A program made the position numbers and the translations under genes. DNA of 64,000 nucleotides from an uncultured Hyphomicrobiales bacterium (GTDB taxonomy: Bacteria; Pseudomonadota; Alphaproteobacteria; Rhizobiales; GCA-2746425): positions 2,421 through 66,420 of the forward strand of contig CAXBCI010000016.1 of the NCBI GenBank assembly GCA_963974065.1, in the 5' to 3' direction. The first letter of the stretch is position 1, and the number at the start of each line of letters is the position of its first letter. The notes under the pieces were generated by a model, which was given only the letters and a program-made list of their open reading frames with translations, had not been told where the DNA came from and did no database searches. Below, piece after piece: positions 1 to 9,031 of the stretch.

Positions 1-806
1 ATATCGATCAGTCACCGATCGGTCGCACGCCAAGGTCCAATCCGGCGACCTATACCGGGGCCTTTACACCAATTCGCGAATGGTTTTCAGGCCTGCCTGA
101 ATCCAAGGTCAGAGGTTACGCGCCGGGCCGGTTCTCGTTCAATGTCAAAGGTGGACGCTGCGAGGCGTGCAAGGGCGACGGCGTAATCAAGATCGAAATG
201 CATTTTCTGCCTGATGTTTATGTCACCTGTGATGTCTGCAAGGGCAAGCGCTACAACCGCGAGTCGCTTGAGGTCCAGTTCAAGGGAAAATCGATTTCCG
301 ACGTGCTGGATATGACGGTTGATGAAGGTGCAGTATTCTTCTCGGCGGTGCCGGCTGTGCGCGACAAGATGCTGACCCTGCAGCGTGTCGGGCTGGGCTA
401 CATCAAGGTTGGTCAACAGGCCACAACACTGTCCGGCGGCGAGGCGCAGCGCGTGAAACTGGCCAAGGAACTGTCCAAACGGTCCACCGGCCGGACCCTG
501 TATATTCTCGATGAACCCACCACAGGTCTGCATTTTCACGATGTCGCCAAGCTGCTGGAAGTGCTTCATGAGCTTGTCGATCAGGGTAATTCCGTTGCCG
601 TCATCGAACACAATCTTGAGGTCATCAAAACCGCCGACTGGGTGATTGATATCGGGCCGGAAGGTGGCGATGGCGGCGGAGAAATTGTGGCAGAGGGAAC
701 GCCTGAAGACATTATTCAGGAAGAACGTTCCTATACCGGCAAATTTCTCAAGGACCTGCTTGACCGGCGGCCCGAAAAAACAGCTGTGATGCAGGCCGCA
801 GAATAG
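1..806 (+). CDS. uvrA: Excinuclease ABC subunit UvrA, C-terminal part (5' end lies outside the window)
   Basis: Frame is open from the window edge to TAG at 804-806. Contains zinc-finger [13 protein letters not shown] signature [15 protein letters not shown], Walker [13 protein letters not shown] and H-loop VIEHN of the second UvrA ATPase module. Confidence 0.95.
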   Translation, partial: IDQSPIGRTPRSNPATYTGAFTPIREWFSGLPESKVRGYAPGRFSFNVKGGRCEACKGDGVIKIEMHFLPDVYVTCDVCKGKRYNRESLEVQFKGKSISDVLDMTVDEGAVFFSAVPAVRDKMLTLQRVGLGYIKVGQQATTLSGGEAQRVKLAKELSKRSTGRTLYILDEPTTGLHFHDVAKLLEVLHELVDQGNSVAVIEHNLEVIKTADWVIDIGPEGGDGGGEIVAEGTPEDIIQEERSYTGKFLKDLLDRRPEKTAVMQAAE

Positions 807-1116
807 TTCCGCGCCTGCGTGTAGTTTGAAAAAGCTCTGCCAGTGAGGCGCTTTCAGGCACTTTCCAATCGCTGAAAACTGCAAAACCCGCTTTGAAGAC
901 TGCTGAAATCGGGCAGGCAATCGGCCCCACGTAAACTGGACCAACCAACTTATTGATTTTCCGAATAAAATTGTCTGAGGCCTGCGTTTTCTGCACGTCT
1001 GACATGTTGTTTTGTCACTCCTCAAATGCTGCAACGCACCCTAAGTATCGTTCATCAGGGAAACACAAGAAACCTGATCAATTGAAACCGTTAGACAGAA
1101 ACATTCGGAGACTTAA

Positions 1117-1272
1117 ATGCCATTTTCTTCCATCACAGAATCCTACCGCAACTGGCGCCAGTACCGCAAAACCATGGACGAACTTTCCCGTCTGTCACCA
1201 CGTGAACTCGACGATCTCGGTATTGCCCCTTACCAGATCCGCAGTGTTGCACGCAGTGCACGCCGTGGTTAA
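1117..1272 (+). CDS. DUF1127-family small protein (51 aa)
   Basis: ATG at 1117 with GGAG 6 nt upstream and TAA at 1270-1272. Product is MPFSSITESYRNWRQYRKTMDELSRLSPRELDDLGIAPYQIRSVARSARRG, which shows the W..R...L..Ls.rEL.DLGI pattern of DUF1127 proteins. It is below the 60-aa cutoff of the supplied ORF track and is followed by a hairpin terminator. Confidence 0.7.
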   Translation: MPFSSITESYRNWRQYRKTMDELSRLSPRELDDLGIAPYQIRSVARSARRG

Positions 1273-1302
1273 GCCAGCGCTTATCCGATCCGCCAAAGAA
1301 AA

Positions 1303-1334
1303 GGCCCACAACGCATCAGCGTGTGGGCCTTTTT
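1303..1334 (+). terminator. Rho-independent terminator downstream of the DUF1127 gene
   Basis: GGCCCACA...TGTGGGCC stem followed by TTTTT at 1330-1334. Confidence 0.6.
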
Positions 1335-1420
1335 AGTATTACGTATTGATATTATTCCCTATCTTCCAACGCGACTATCCACATTTCGCCAACATCGCCG
1401 CACCTACAGTGTGAAGTGGC

Positions 1421-2041
1421 CTATAGACGCAGGCCTTGCGGCCGCTCTTTGTACCAGGCTTTCAATGGCATGATGACGGGTGGCTGGCCGTTGTCTCGGA
1501 CCCAGGAATCAACCGCAAAAGCCTGACTATTCGTTTTCTGGATGACGACCGCTGTTGCGTGCGGATAGCGGCCGTCGAGGAAAAAGCCACGAGCCTTGGG
1601 CCGCCCTATGCGATGATGGATCAGATAGCCAGTGTCGGCAGCAAGTTTCAAAAGGCTGGTGGTGTTGGTCGCTTCGTCAATACAGTCCATCTGACCCGGC
1701 TTGTTAACGGTCGAAAAATCAAATCCACCAACATCATTGCCGGACCCGACCTGCGGCGCGACACGCTTTTCAAACCATTGCACTGCGCGGCTCATGGCGT
1801 TGCGTTCCTGCTCAGGAGAGGATGCTCCAGATGCCAGAATTGTCTTCAGCTGCTGCATGTCGCGCGGTGTAAAATCAACCCGCTCTTTTCTGGCGCAGCC
1901 GGTCCCGTGGCAGACATAGACCGATGTTCCTCTGGGTGCGAGTCCATCCTGGCTGGCATACCAGCTTAGTGGATCGCCTTCCCCGGCCTGGATACATCCG
2001 GAAAGTATGAGTGCAAATAGAACAATCAAAATTTGTCGCAT
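1421..2041 (-). CDS. Hypothetical lipoprotein (206 aa)
   Basis: Trimmed from the 324-aa ORF to the ATG at 2041, giving MRQILIVLFALILSGC, a signal peptide with lipobox LSGC. The longer version would overlap the trmFO start. Confidence 0.7.
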   Translation of the reverse strand: MRQILIVLFALILSGCIQAGEGDPLSWYASQDGLAPRGTSVYVCHGTGCARKERVDFTPRDMQQLKTILASGASSPEQERNAMSRAVQWFEKRVAPQVGSGNDVGGFDFSTVNKPGQMDCIDEATNTTSLLKLAADTGYLIHHRIGRPKARGFFLDGRYPHATAVVIQKTNSQAFAVDSWVRDNGQPPVIMPLKAWYKERPQGLRL

Positions 2042-2182
2042 GGTTTCCCCTGTCCTGTGCAGATCGAATAGGTTAATTTCCCGGCAAAAGCCAGATGCAT
2101 CAAGGTCGGATGTGGTAGAGAATTTCATGATGCCACCAAGCCATGAAGCCTTTTCCAGACTGCTGACATAGCGGAGAGAGAT

Positions 2183-3592
2183 ATGACGAACACTGCCGTT
2201 CACGTTATTGGCGGAGGTCTGGCCGGTTCGGAGGCGGCCTGGCAACTGGCACGGCGTAAGGTGCCCGTTGTGCTTCATGAAATGCGTCCGGTTCGCGGAA
2301 CCGATGCGCACAAGACTGACCATCTGGCAGAACTTGTGTGTTCCAATTCGTTCCGCTCCGATGATGCGCAAAACAATGCTGTCGGTCTCCTGCACGCAGA
2401 ATTGCGGCTTGCAGATTCGCTGATCATGGCCTGTGGCGACGCCAATCAGGTGCCGGCAGGCGGCGCACTGGCGGTCGACCGTGAGGGATTTTCCGCCGCC
2501 GTGACGGCTGCGCTGGAAAATGAGCCGCTGATCACCATCAGCCGCGAAGAGATCAACGCGATTCCACCGCAGGAATGGGAGAGTGTCATTATCGCGACAG
2601 GGCCATTGACTTCCCCTGCCCTGTCGAGTGCCATTGCTTCCCTGACGGATGAGTCAGCGCTTGCTTTCTTCGATGCGATTGCGCCGATTGCATATTTTGA
2701 CAGCATCGATATGTCCGTGGCCTGGTTTCAGTCGCGATATGACAAGGTCGGGCCCGGCGGCACTGGTGCTGACTATATCAATTGTCCGATGGACAAGGCG
2801 CAATATGAGCAGTTCATTGATGCGCTTCTGGAAGGTGACAAGACAGAATTCAAGCAATGGGAAGACACGCCCTATTTCGAAGGCTGTATGCCGATTGAAG
2901 TGATGGCCGAGCGCGGCCCCGAAACGCCGCGGCATGGCCCGATGAAGCCAAGGGGTCTGACCAATGCGCACAATCCGGCGGTGAAACCTTATGCAGTGGT
3001 GCAATTGCGACAGGACAATGCCCTGGGTACGCTCTACAATATGGTCGGCTTTCAGACCAAATTGAAATATGGCGTCCAGAAAGATATTTTTCGGCTGATT
3101 CCGGGTCTTGAAGAGGCGGAATTCGCCCGGCTCGGCGGCCTTCACCGCAATACATTTCTGAATTCACCGGTTCTTCTGGACGACAGTCTGCGATTGAAAG
3201 CCGATCCGCGTCTGCGGTTTGCCGGCCAGATCACCGGCTGTGAGGGTTATGTGGAATCAGCCTCCATGGGGCTTCTGGCCGGACGGTTTGCGGCGGCTGA
3301 ATGGCATGGCGAAGACCGAATTCTGCCTCCTGAAACCACCGCGTTTGGTGCCTTGCTGTCGCATATCACCGGCGGTCATCTGGCATCAGAAGAAGCTCCG
3401 GGAAAACGCTCATTCCAGCCGATGAATATCAATTTCGGTCTGTTTCCGCCGGTTCCGGCAGTAAATGAAATCGATGGCCGCAGATTGCGCGGCAAGGAAA
3501 AAACCATCGCGAAACGTCAGGCGATCTGCGAGCGGGCCCTGACGGATTTTAAGGTCTGGCTGCACAAATCAGGCAGCAAAATAGCGGCGTAA
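2183..3592 (+). CDS. trmFO: Methylenetetrahydrofolate--tRNA-(uracil-5-)-methyltransferase TrmFO
   Basis: 469 aa. N-terminal FAD fold [16 protein letters not shown], then CSNSFRSDD and later motifs typical of TrmFO/Gid. Confidence 0.95.
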   Translation: MTNTAVHVIGGGLAGSEAAWQLARRKVPVVLHEMRPVRGTDAHKTDHLAELVCSNSFRSDDAQNNAVGLLHAELRLADSLIMACGDANQVPAGGALAVDREGFSAAVTAALENEPLITISREEINAIPPQEWESVIIATGPLTSPALSSAIASLTDESALAFFDAIAPIAYFDSIDMSVAWFQSRYDKVGPGGTGADYINCPMDKAQYEQFIDALLEGDKTEFKQWEDTPYFEGCMPIEVMAERGPETPRHGPMKPRGLTNAHNPAVKPYAVVQLRQDNALGTLYNMVGFQTKLKYGVQKDIFRLIPGLEEAEFARLGGLHRNTFLNSPVLLDDSLRLKADPRLRFAGQITGCEGYVESASMGLLAGRFAAAEWHGEDRILPPETTAFGALLSHITGGHLASEEAPGKRSFQPMNINFGLFPPVPAVNEIDGRRLRGKEKTIAKRQAICERALTDFKVWLHKSGSKIAA

Positions 3593-3609
3593 TGCTGTTT
3601 TCCGCAAAT

Positions 3610-4473
3610 TCAGAAACACGGCCAGCGTTTTGATGCGCGCCACAGATGCCAGATCAGACGTGCTGTGCTGAGCTCTGCAGCTGTGCCACTGTCACCTGAA
3701 AGTCGTGTCGCCTTTGAGAGTTGCATCGAGACAGGGGCGAGTTGCAGAAACGCCGGTCTCAAGGTTGCGGGAACCGCAGCCGCGGCTGTGATGGCCCGCA
3801 GACGATAGGATTCTGCAAAAGCACAGATTTGCCCGATGGCTTGCTTACGGTCCGCCGATTGTGAATTCAGGAACGGGTTTGCCGACATACCGGCCGCCTG
3901 GCGGATATGCGGCGGCAGATAACGGGCGGCTCGCTGGTGCGCCTCTGTTCGATCTGTCAGTAGCGGGCGCAAAACCCGGCGCCAGAGTGTGAGCATACAG
4001 GCCAGATAGCCGGACAGCTCTGCGGCCTGTGCAGAACGGGCGCGATCCAGCACCAGACACGACAGTTGCAAAATGGTACCTTCGGTCTGTCCGGCATAGG
4101 CTTCAAACCCTTGCTGATCTTCAATCGCATCATCATACAGATCGAAAATACGGCCATCCAGATAATTGCTCAGAACGTCCGGTAAAATGGCATGACGTCT
4201 GGTGATTTCCAGCATGATATGAGCCAGCGGACTTGCTGAGGCTTCCGCGTCTCGCTCACCGTGAAACACCTCACGCCACCATTGCAGCCGGATTTCTCCG
4301 GCCATCGCTTCGCGCGTTGTACGGGTAATTTTTTCCATTTCCAGATCAAAGGCGTACAGCGCCAGTATGTCGACACGCTGCGGTTCGGGGATGAATTGGG
4401 CGGCGAAGAAACGGGCGGGATCAGCGGAGCGGATCAAACCTGGCAGATGGTTCTCACCATCCTCATGGCTCAT
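3610..4473 (-). CDS. Squalene/phytoene synthase family protein (NDUFAF6-like)
   Basis: 287 aa. ILALYAFDLEMEKI and GEIRLQWWREV match the alphaproteobacterial squalene/phytoene-synthase-fold family. Its start overlaps the upstream gene's stop by 4 nt. Confidence 0.8.
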   Translation of the reverse strand: MSHEDGENHLPGLIRSADPARFFAAQFIPEPQRVDILALYAFDLEMEKITRTTREAMAGEIRLQWWREVFHGERDAEASASPLAHIMLEITRRHAILPDVLSNYLDGRIFDLYDDAIEDQQGFEAYAGQTEGTILQLSCLVLDRARSAQAAELSGYLACMLTLWRRVLRPLLTDRTEAHQRAARYLPPHIRQAAGMSANPFLNSQSADRKQAIGQICAFAESYRLRAITAAAAVPATLRPAFLQLAPVSMQLSKATRLSGDSGTAAELSTARLIWHLWRASKRWPCF

Positions 4474-4928
4474 CGAATAGTCTCAACCGGCAACAGGGCC
4501 GCAGCGACCTGACGTCCTTCTGCAAGGATGACATTAAAGGTCCTGATTGCAGCTCCGGTGGACATGATTTCAAAGCGAACGCCCGCGTCACGCAAGGCCT
4601 GGCGGGTTTCCTTGTCAGGGAAAACTCCGGTGTCGCCCATGCCAAGGAACAGCAATTCTACGGCGTCCGCTTCGGCGACAACCCGGTCAAGCCGCTCAAT
4701 GGTGACGTCCTGCGGCTGTGCGGCGCTCCATCCGTAAATTCCCGATGGCAGAGCCAGAATGCCGCCGCGATGCGACATTTCGGCAAAGCGGAAACCGCCA
4801 TTGCCGTAAGCATCTATCGGTGCACGGCCCGGGAAATATGCCGGTTTGATAATAGTGCCGGGTGATCCGGCCGTCGGGTGCTGCTCGGGCGGCGGCGTGT
4901 GTTCAGGTTTTTCTGCCCGGTCTGTCAT
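4470..4928 (-). CDS. Mth938-like (DUF498, NDUFAF3-like) protein
   Basis: 152 aa. IDAYGNGGFRFAEMSHRGGILALPSG and LLFLGMGD...IMSTGAAIRTFNVILAEGR are typical of the Mth938/NDUFAF3 family. ATGA overlap with the secF stop. Confidence 0.8.
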   Translation of the reverse strand: MTDRAEKPEHTPPPEQHPTAGSPGTIIKPAYFPGRAPIDAYGNGGFRFAEMSHRGGILALPSGIYGWSAAQPQDVTIERLDRVVAEADAVELLFLGMGDTGVFPDKETRQALRDAGVRFEIMSTGAAIRTFNVILAEGRQVAAALLPVETIR

Positions 4929-5866
4929 GCAGCGCCGGAACTTTCCACTTCCTCGGTTCCTTTCGCCACATCGGTGCTGCGCAATTTGAGGAAAATCAGC
5001 AGCGGAGCGGCAATGAAAATCGAAGAATAGGTACCGATCACCACCCCCCAGATCATGGCGAAGGTGAAGGATGCGATCACTTCACCACCGAACACATAAA
5101 GCGCGATCAAGGCAAGCAGGGTTGTGATCGATGTCAATGCGGTTCTTGACAGGGTCTTGTTAATCGCCATGTCGAGAAGTTGGCTTATGGGCAAGCGTTT
5201 GTATTTACGCAGTTTTTCGCGGACGCGGTCATACACCACCACAGTATCGTTCAGTGAATAACCGACAATGGTCAGAACCGCCGCAATGCTCGCCAGACTG
5301 AATTCCAGTTGCAGCAATGACAGCATCCCGATGGTTAGAATGACGTCGTGAACCGTTGCAATGACGGCGCCAACGGCAAACTGCCATTCAAAGCGAAGCC
5401 AGATGTAGACCAGAACAGCACCCAGAGAGGCAATAACTGCTAAAATCCCGGTCTGTGTCAGTTCTCCGGAAACTGTCGGACCTACAACTTCGACACGCCT
5501 GAATTCCACATTTCCGCTCAACACGCCGCGAACTGTCTCGACAACTTCCTGCTGCGCCTCCTCCCCGCCATCCTGCTGTTGAATACGAATCAACACATCG
5601 TCGGGCGCGCCGAATTCCTGAACCTGAACATCGCCCAAATCCAACGACGACAACAGGTTGCGGATCACACCGACATCGGCAGGACCATCGAGGGTCTTGA
5701 TTTCGATCAGCGTGCCGCCACGAAAATCAATGCCCAGATTGAGGCCATTGACCGCAAACAGGATGATGCTGACCACCACGGCTGCTGCTGATAAAGGAAA
5801 CGACCATCTTCTATGCCGCATGAAGGCAATTTTTGTGTCGTCAGGAATAAGTTTCAAGGTCCGCAT
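4925..5866 (-). CDS. secF: Protein translocase subunit SecF
   Basis: 313 aa polytopic membrane protein with GIDFRGGT and YSLNDTVVVYDRVRE motifs. Directly downstream of secD. Confidence 0.95.
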   Translation of the reverse strand: MRTLKLIPDDTKIAFMRHRRWSFPLSAAAVVVSIILFAVNGLNLGIDFRGGTLIEIKTLDGPADVGVIRNLLSSLDLGDVQVQEFGAPDDVLIRIQQQDGGEEAQQEVVETVRGVLSGNVEFRRVEVVGPTVSGELTQTGILAVIASLGAVLVYIWLRFEWQFAVGAVIATVHDVILTIGMLSLLQLEFSLASIAAVLTIVGYSLNDTVVVYDRVREKLRKYKRLPISQLLDMAINKTLSRTALTSITTLLALIALYVFGGEVIASFTFAMIWGVVIGTYSSIFIAAPLLIFLKLRSTDVAKGTEEVESSGAA

Positions 5867-5881
5867 GGCGTTTCTCCCGTC

Positions 5882-7492
5882 CTAAATCGGCACTGTTGTG
5901 GGCCGTCTGCGGCGGACCCAAAACGCCACGATCAGGCGGTTCACGGTAAATGCAGAAAAGACTGTTGTGACGATGCCGATTGCCAGAGTGATGGCAAAGC
6001 CGCGAATTGGACCTGACCCAAGAGAAAACAGGATTATTGCGGCAATCAGCGTTGTGATATTGGCATCAAGAATGGTTCCAAGCGCGCGTTTGTAGCCGGC
6101 ATCGATAGAAGCGATGGCGTTTCTGCCGGCGCGCGCCTCCTCGCGGATACGCTCATAAATCAGCACATTGGCGTCAACCGCCATACCAATCGTCAGGATG
6201 ATACCTGCGATACCCGGCAAAGTCAGCGTCGCCTGCAACATTGACAAAACACCGATAATCATGATGATGTTGATGGCCAGCGCGACATTGGCAAATACGC
6301 CGAACAGACCGTAGGAAACTATCATGAATATCAGCACTGCTGCTGCTGCGAGAATACCGGCGATTTCTCCGGCCTCAATCGAATCCTGACCCAGGCCCGG
6401 TCCGACGGTGCGTTCTTCAACGATGGTGAGATCGGCGGGCAGCGCCCCTGCACGCAACAGGATCGACAGATCATTTGCCGTCTCAACGGAAAAATTACCG
6501 CTGATCTGGCCGCTTCCACCCAGAATTGGCTCGCGGATGACCGGAGCGGAAATCACCACTTCGTCGAGAATAATTGCAAACGGCCTGCCGACGTTTTCCG
6601 TGGATGCGCGGCCAAAATCGCGGGCTCCGGAATTATTGAAACGGAATGTTACCAAAGGTTCATTGGTGCGCTGGTCGAATCCGGGCTGGGCGTCAACCAG
6701 ATCTTCGCCGCTGACGATTTCGCGGCGCTCAATCACATAGGGTATTGGCGGACTGTCAGATGAAAAAAGCACTTCAGAGCCTGATGGCGGGCGTCCCTGC
6801 AGAGCCTGCTCTGCCGACATTTCCTGACTCACCAGGCGAAAACTCAACCGCGCAGTCTGTTTCAGAATATCTTTCAAACGCTGTGGATCGCCCAGCCCCG
6901 GAACCTGGACCAGAATACGGTCTTCGCCCTGTCTTTGGATGTTCGGCTCGGTGGTTCCAAGTTCATCAACGCGGCGCCGGATCACTTCAATTGACTGATC
7001 AACTGCCGAACTGACGCGCTGGGCAATGCCTTCCGGCGTGAACGTCAAGCGGATCAGGCCACCATCATCAATGTCGAGCACGACTTCCGTGATCGGGATG
7101 CCGCCGGACAGCAATCCTCCGGGAATTGGCTGGATAATATCCTGCAATGCCTCACGAGCGGCCTCGCTCTGTGCCGGATCGCGCAACCGCGCCTGGACAG
7201 TTTGGCCATCAGTCGTCAGTCCGGTATAGCCGATGCGCTCGTCGCGCAAGGCGGTGCGTAAGCTGTTACGCAGATCTTCCAGCCGGGTTTCAATGAGGTC
7301 CTTACGTTCGACCTGCAGCAGCAGATGTGCGCCACCCTGCAGATCCAGCCCCAGCACCAGTTGGCCGCCGGGGATCCAGGCTGGCCATTGATCGGCGACA
7401 TCCTTCGGCATCAGGTTCGGAACGGCGGCAATAACGCCCACGAGCACGGTCAGGACAATGGCTATTGTCTTGATCGGAGAAAAATAAAGCAT
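5882..7492 (-). CDS. secD: Protein translocase subunit SecD
   Basis: 536 aa. LGLDLQGG, a periplasmic domain, and C-terminal RND-like TM bundle motif GMAVDANVLIYERIREE. Confidence 0.95.
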   Translation of the reverse strand: MLYFSPIKTIAIVLTVLVGVIAAVPNLMPKDVADQWPAWIPGGQLVLGLDLQGGAHLLLQVERKDLIETRLEDLRNSLRTALRDERIGYTGLTTDGQTVQARLRDPAQSEAAREALQDIIQPIPGGLLSGGIPITEVVLDIDDGGLIRLTFTPEGIAQRVSSAVDQSIEVIRRRVDELGTTEPNIQRQGEDRILVQVPGLGDPQRLKDILKQTARLSFRLVSQEMSAEQALQGRPPSGSEVLFSSDSPPIPYVIERREIVSGEDLVDAQPGFDQRTNEPLVTFRFNNSGARDFGRASTENVGRPFAIILDEVVISAPVIREPILGGSGQISGNFSVETANDLSILLRAGALPADLTIVEERTVGPGLGQDSIEAGEIAGILAAAAVLIFMIVSYGLFGVFANVALAINIIMIIGVLSMLQATLTLPGIAGIILTIGMAVDANVLIYERIREEARAGRNAIASIDAGYKRALGTILDANITTLIAAIILFSLGSGPIRGFAITLAIGIVTTVFSAFTVNRLIVAFWVRRRRPTTVPI

Positions 7493-7560
7493 TCAGTTAC
7501 CCGTCAGATATGGCGAAACCATTATGGATGTTCAGGATGTGAAATGTTGCACCTGTATGG

Positions 7561-7890
7561 TCAGGCGTCGTCTTTTGCCGGCTCGCCCTTGGCGCGCACA
7601 TCGGAAACCATGCTGCGAACGATGCGCACGCGCACGCCCTCGGCCAACTCGACCTGCAACTCTCCGTCATCGATCACTTTCGTGACTTTGCCAATCAGAC
7701 CGCCACTTGTGACGATCGTGTCGCCGCGGCGGACCGCTGTGATCATTTCTTCATGTTTTTTCACCCGCTGACGCTGGGGGCGGATGATCAGAAAATACAT
7801 CACGACGAAAATCAGCACGAAGGGAAGTAGGCTGGTGGCCAGACCAGCACCGCCACCGGCGGCCTGCGCGAATGCGGGCGTTACAAACAT
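7561..7890 (-). CDS. yajC: Preprotein translocase subunit YajC
   Basis: 109 aa. Single TM segment followed by YFLIIRPQRQRVKKHEEM and GDTIVTSGGLIGKV motifs. Confidence 0.9.
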   Translation of the reverse strand: MFVTPAFAQAAGGGAGLATSLLPFVLIFVVMYFLIIRPQRQRVKKHEEMITAVRRGDTIVTSGGLIGKVTKVIDDGELQVELAEGVRVRIVRSMVSDVRAKGEPAKDDA

Positions 7891-8112
7891 CAGTCAATCC
7901 TGTCTTTTTTACAATTCCGCAGCAGAACATGAAGCTGCGGTTTTCTTGGTGTTATGTGTCCAGAAAGTCCCGCGGACTATACTCACGGCGGTTTGCTTTG
8001 CAAGTATCAACCGCCGGACAAATCATAACAGCTTTGCAAATGGGGCATCTGCCCATAAATTGCCAGCGAAAACCGCGACAAACCGCGCCTAATTCCCGAA
8101 CATGGATAGTTT

Positions 8113-8991
8113 ATGACACAGAATCCGACTGATCTCCTGCAACCGACACTTATTCGCATCGCTGACGCGCTTGAGCGCATGGCTCCCGATTCTACTGATC
8201 TTGTGGATTTTGATGCAACCGATGCATTTGTATGGAATGCCCGCTCAGGCGCTCTGAAACCGGTGCACAAGGTCAATCGAGTGGATATCGAACTGTTGCA
8301 GGGTATTGAACAGGTGCGTGATATCCTGCTGCAGAACACAATGCAGTTTGCTACGGGTTTTCCGGCAAACAACGCCCTGCTCTGGGGGGCGCGTGGTATG
8401 GGAAAAAGTTCGGTGGTCAAGGCTATCCATGCACATGTCAATGATCTGGCGGATTCAGCGGCACATCAACTGAAATTCATTGAGATTCATCGAGAAGATA
8501 TCGAATCGCTGCCGGATTTAATGGCATTGCTGGCTCAACAGCCATTTCGGTTTCTGCTGTTTTGCGACGATCTGTCGTTTGATAATGACGACACATCCTA
8601 CAAGGCGCTGAAAGCTGCTCTGGACGGCGGAATCGAAGGCCGTCCGGAAAATTTGCTGCTGTACGCGACTTCTAACCGGCGGCATCTGATGCCGCGCGAC
8701 ATGATCGAGAATGAAAGATCGACGGCAATCAACCCCAGCGAAGCGGTTGAGGAAAAGGTTTCCCTGTCCGACAGGTTCGGTCTTTGGCTGGGATTTCATA
8801 AATGCAGCCAGGACGATTATCTCAAGATGGTGCGCGGTTACCTCGACCATTTTGGCATTGAGGTCAGCGAAGCGGAGTGGCGGCCTGCCGCTCTGGAATG
8901 GGCAACCACCCGTGGTTACCGCTCGGGCCGGACGGCCTGGCAATTTATCCAGGATTTGGCGGGGAAAAAGAAAGTGACGCTGAAGCCATAA
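8113..8991 (+). CDS. DUF815-family AAA-type ATP-binding protein
   Basis: 292 aa. Walker A GARGMGKSS and Walker B LLFCDDLSF. This family is commonly found next to yajC in Alphaproteobacteria (from memory). Confidence 0.85.
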   Translation: MTQNPTDLLQPTLIRIADALERMAPDSTDLVDFDATDAFVWNARSGALKPVHKVNRVDIELLQGIEQVRDILLQNTMQFATGFPANNALLWGARGMGKSSVVKAIHAHVNDLADSAAHQLKFIEIHREDIESLPDLMALLAQQPFRFLLFCDDLSFDNDDTSYKALKAALDGGIEGRPENLLLYATSNRRHLMPRDMIENERSTAINPSEAVEEKVSLSDRFGLWLGFHKCSQDDYLKMVRGYLDHFGIEVSEAEWRPAALEWATTRGYRSGRTAWQFIQDLAGKKKVTLKP

Positions 8992-9031
8992 GCTCCAGCG
9001 CCACACTCATTGGGCGGATATTGGTGTCTGG

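Noticed and set aside
87-1034. 315-aa ORF on the minus strand
   Set aside because: It lies antisense to the clearly recognisable uvrA C-terminus. Its composition is Arg/Gly/Ala-rich, as expected of a mirror frame, and it has no recognisable motifs.
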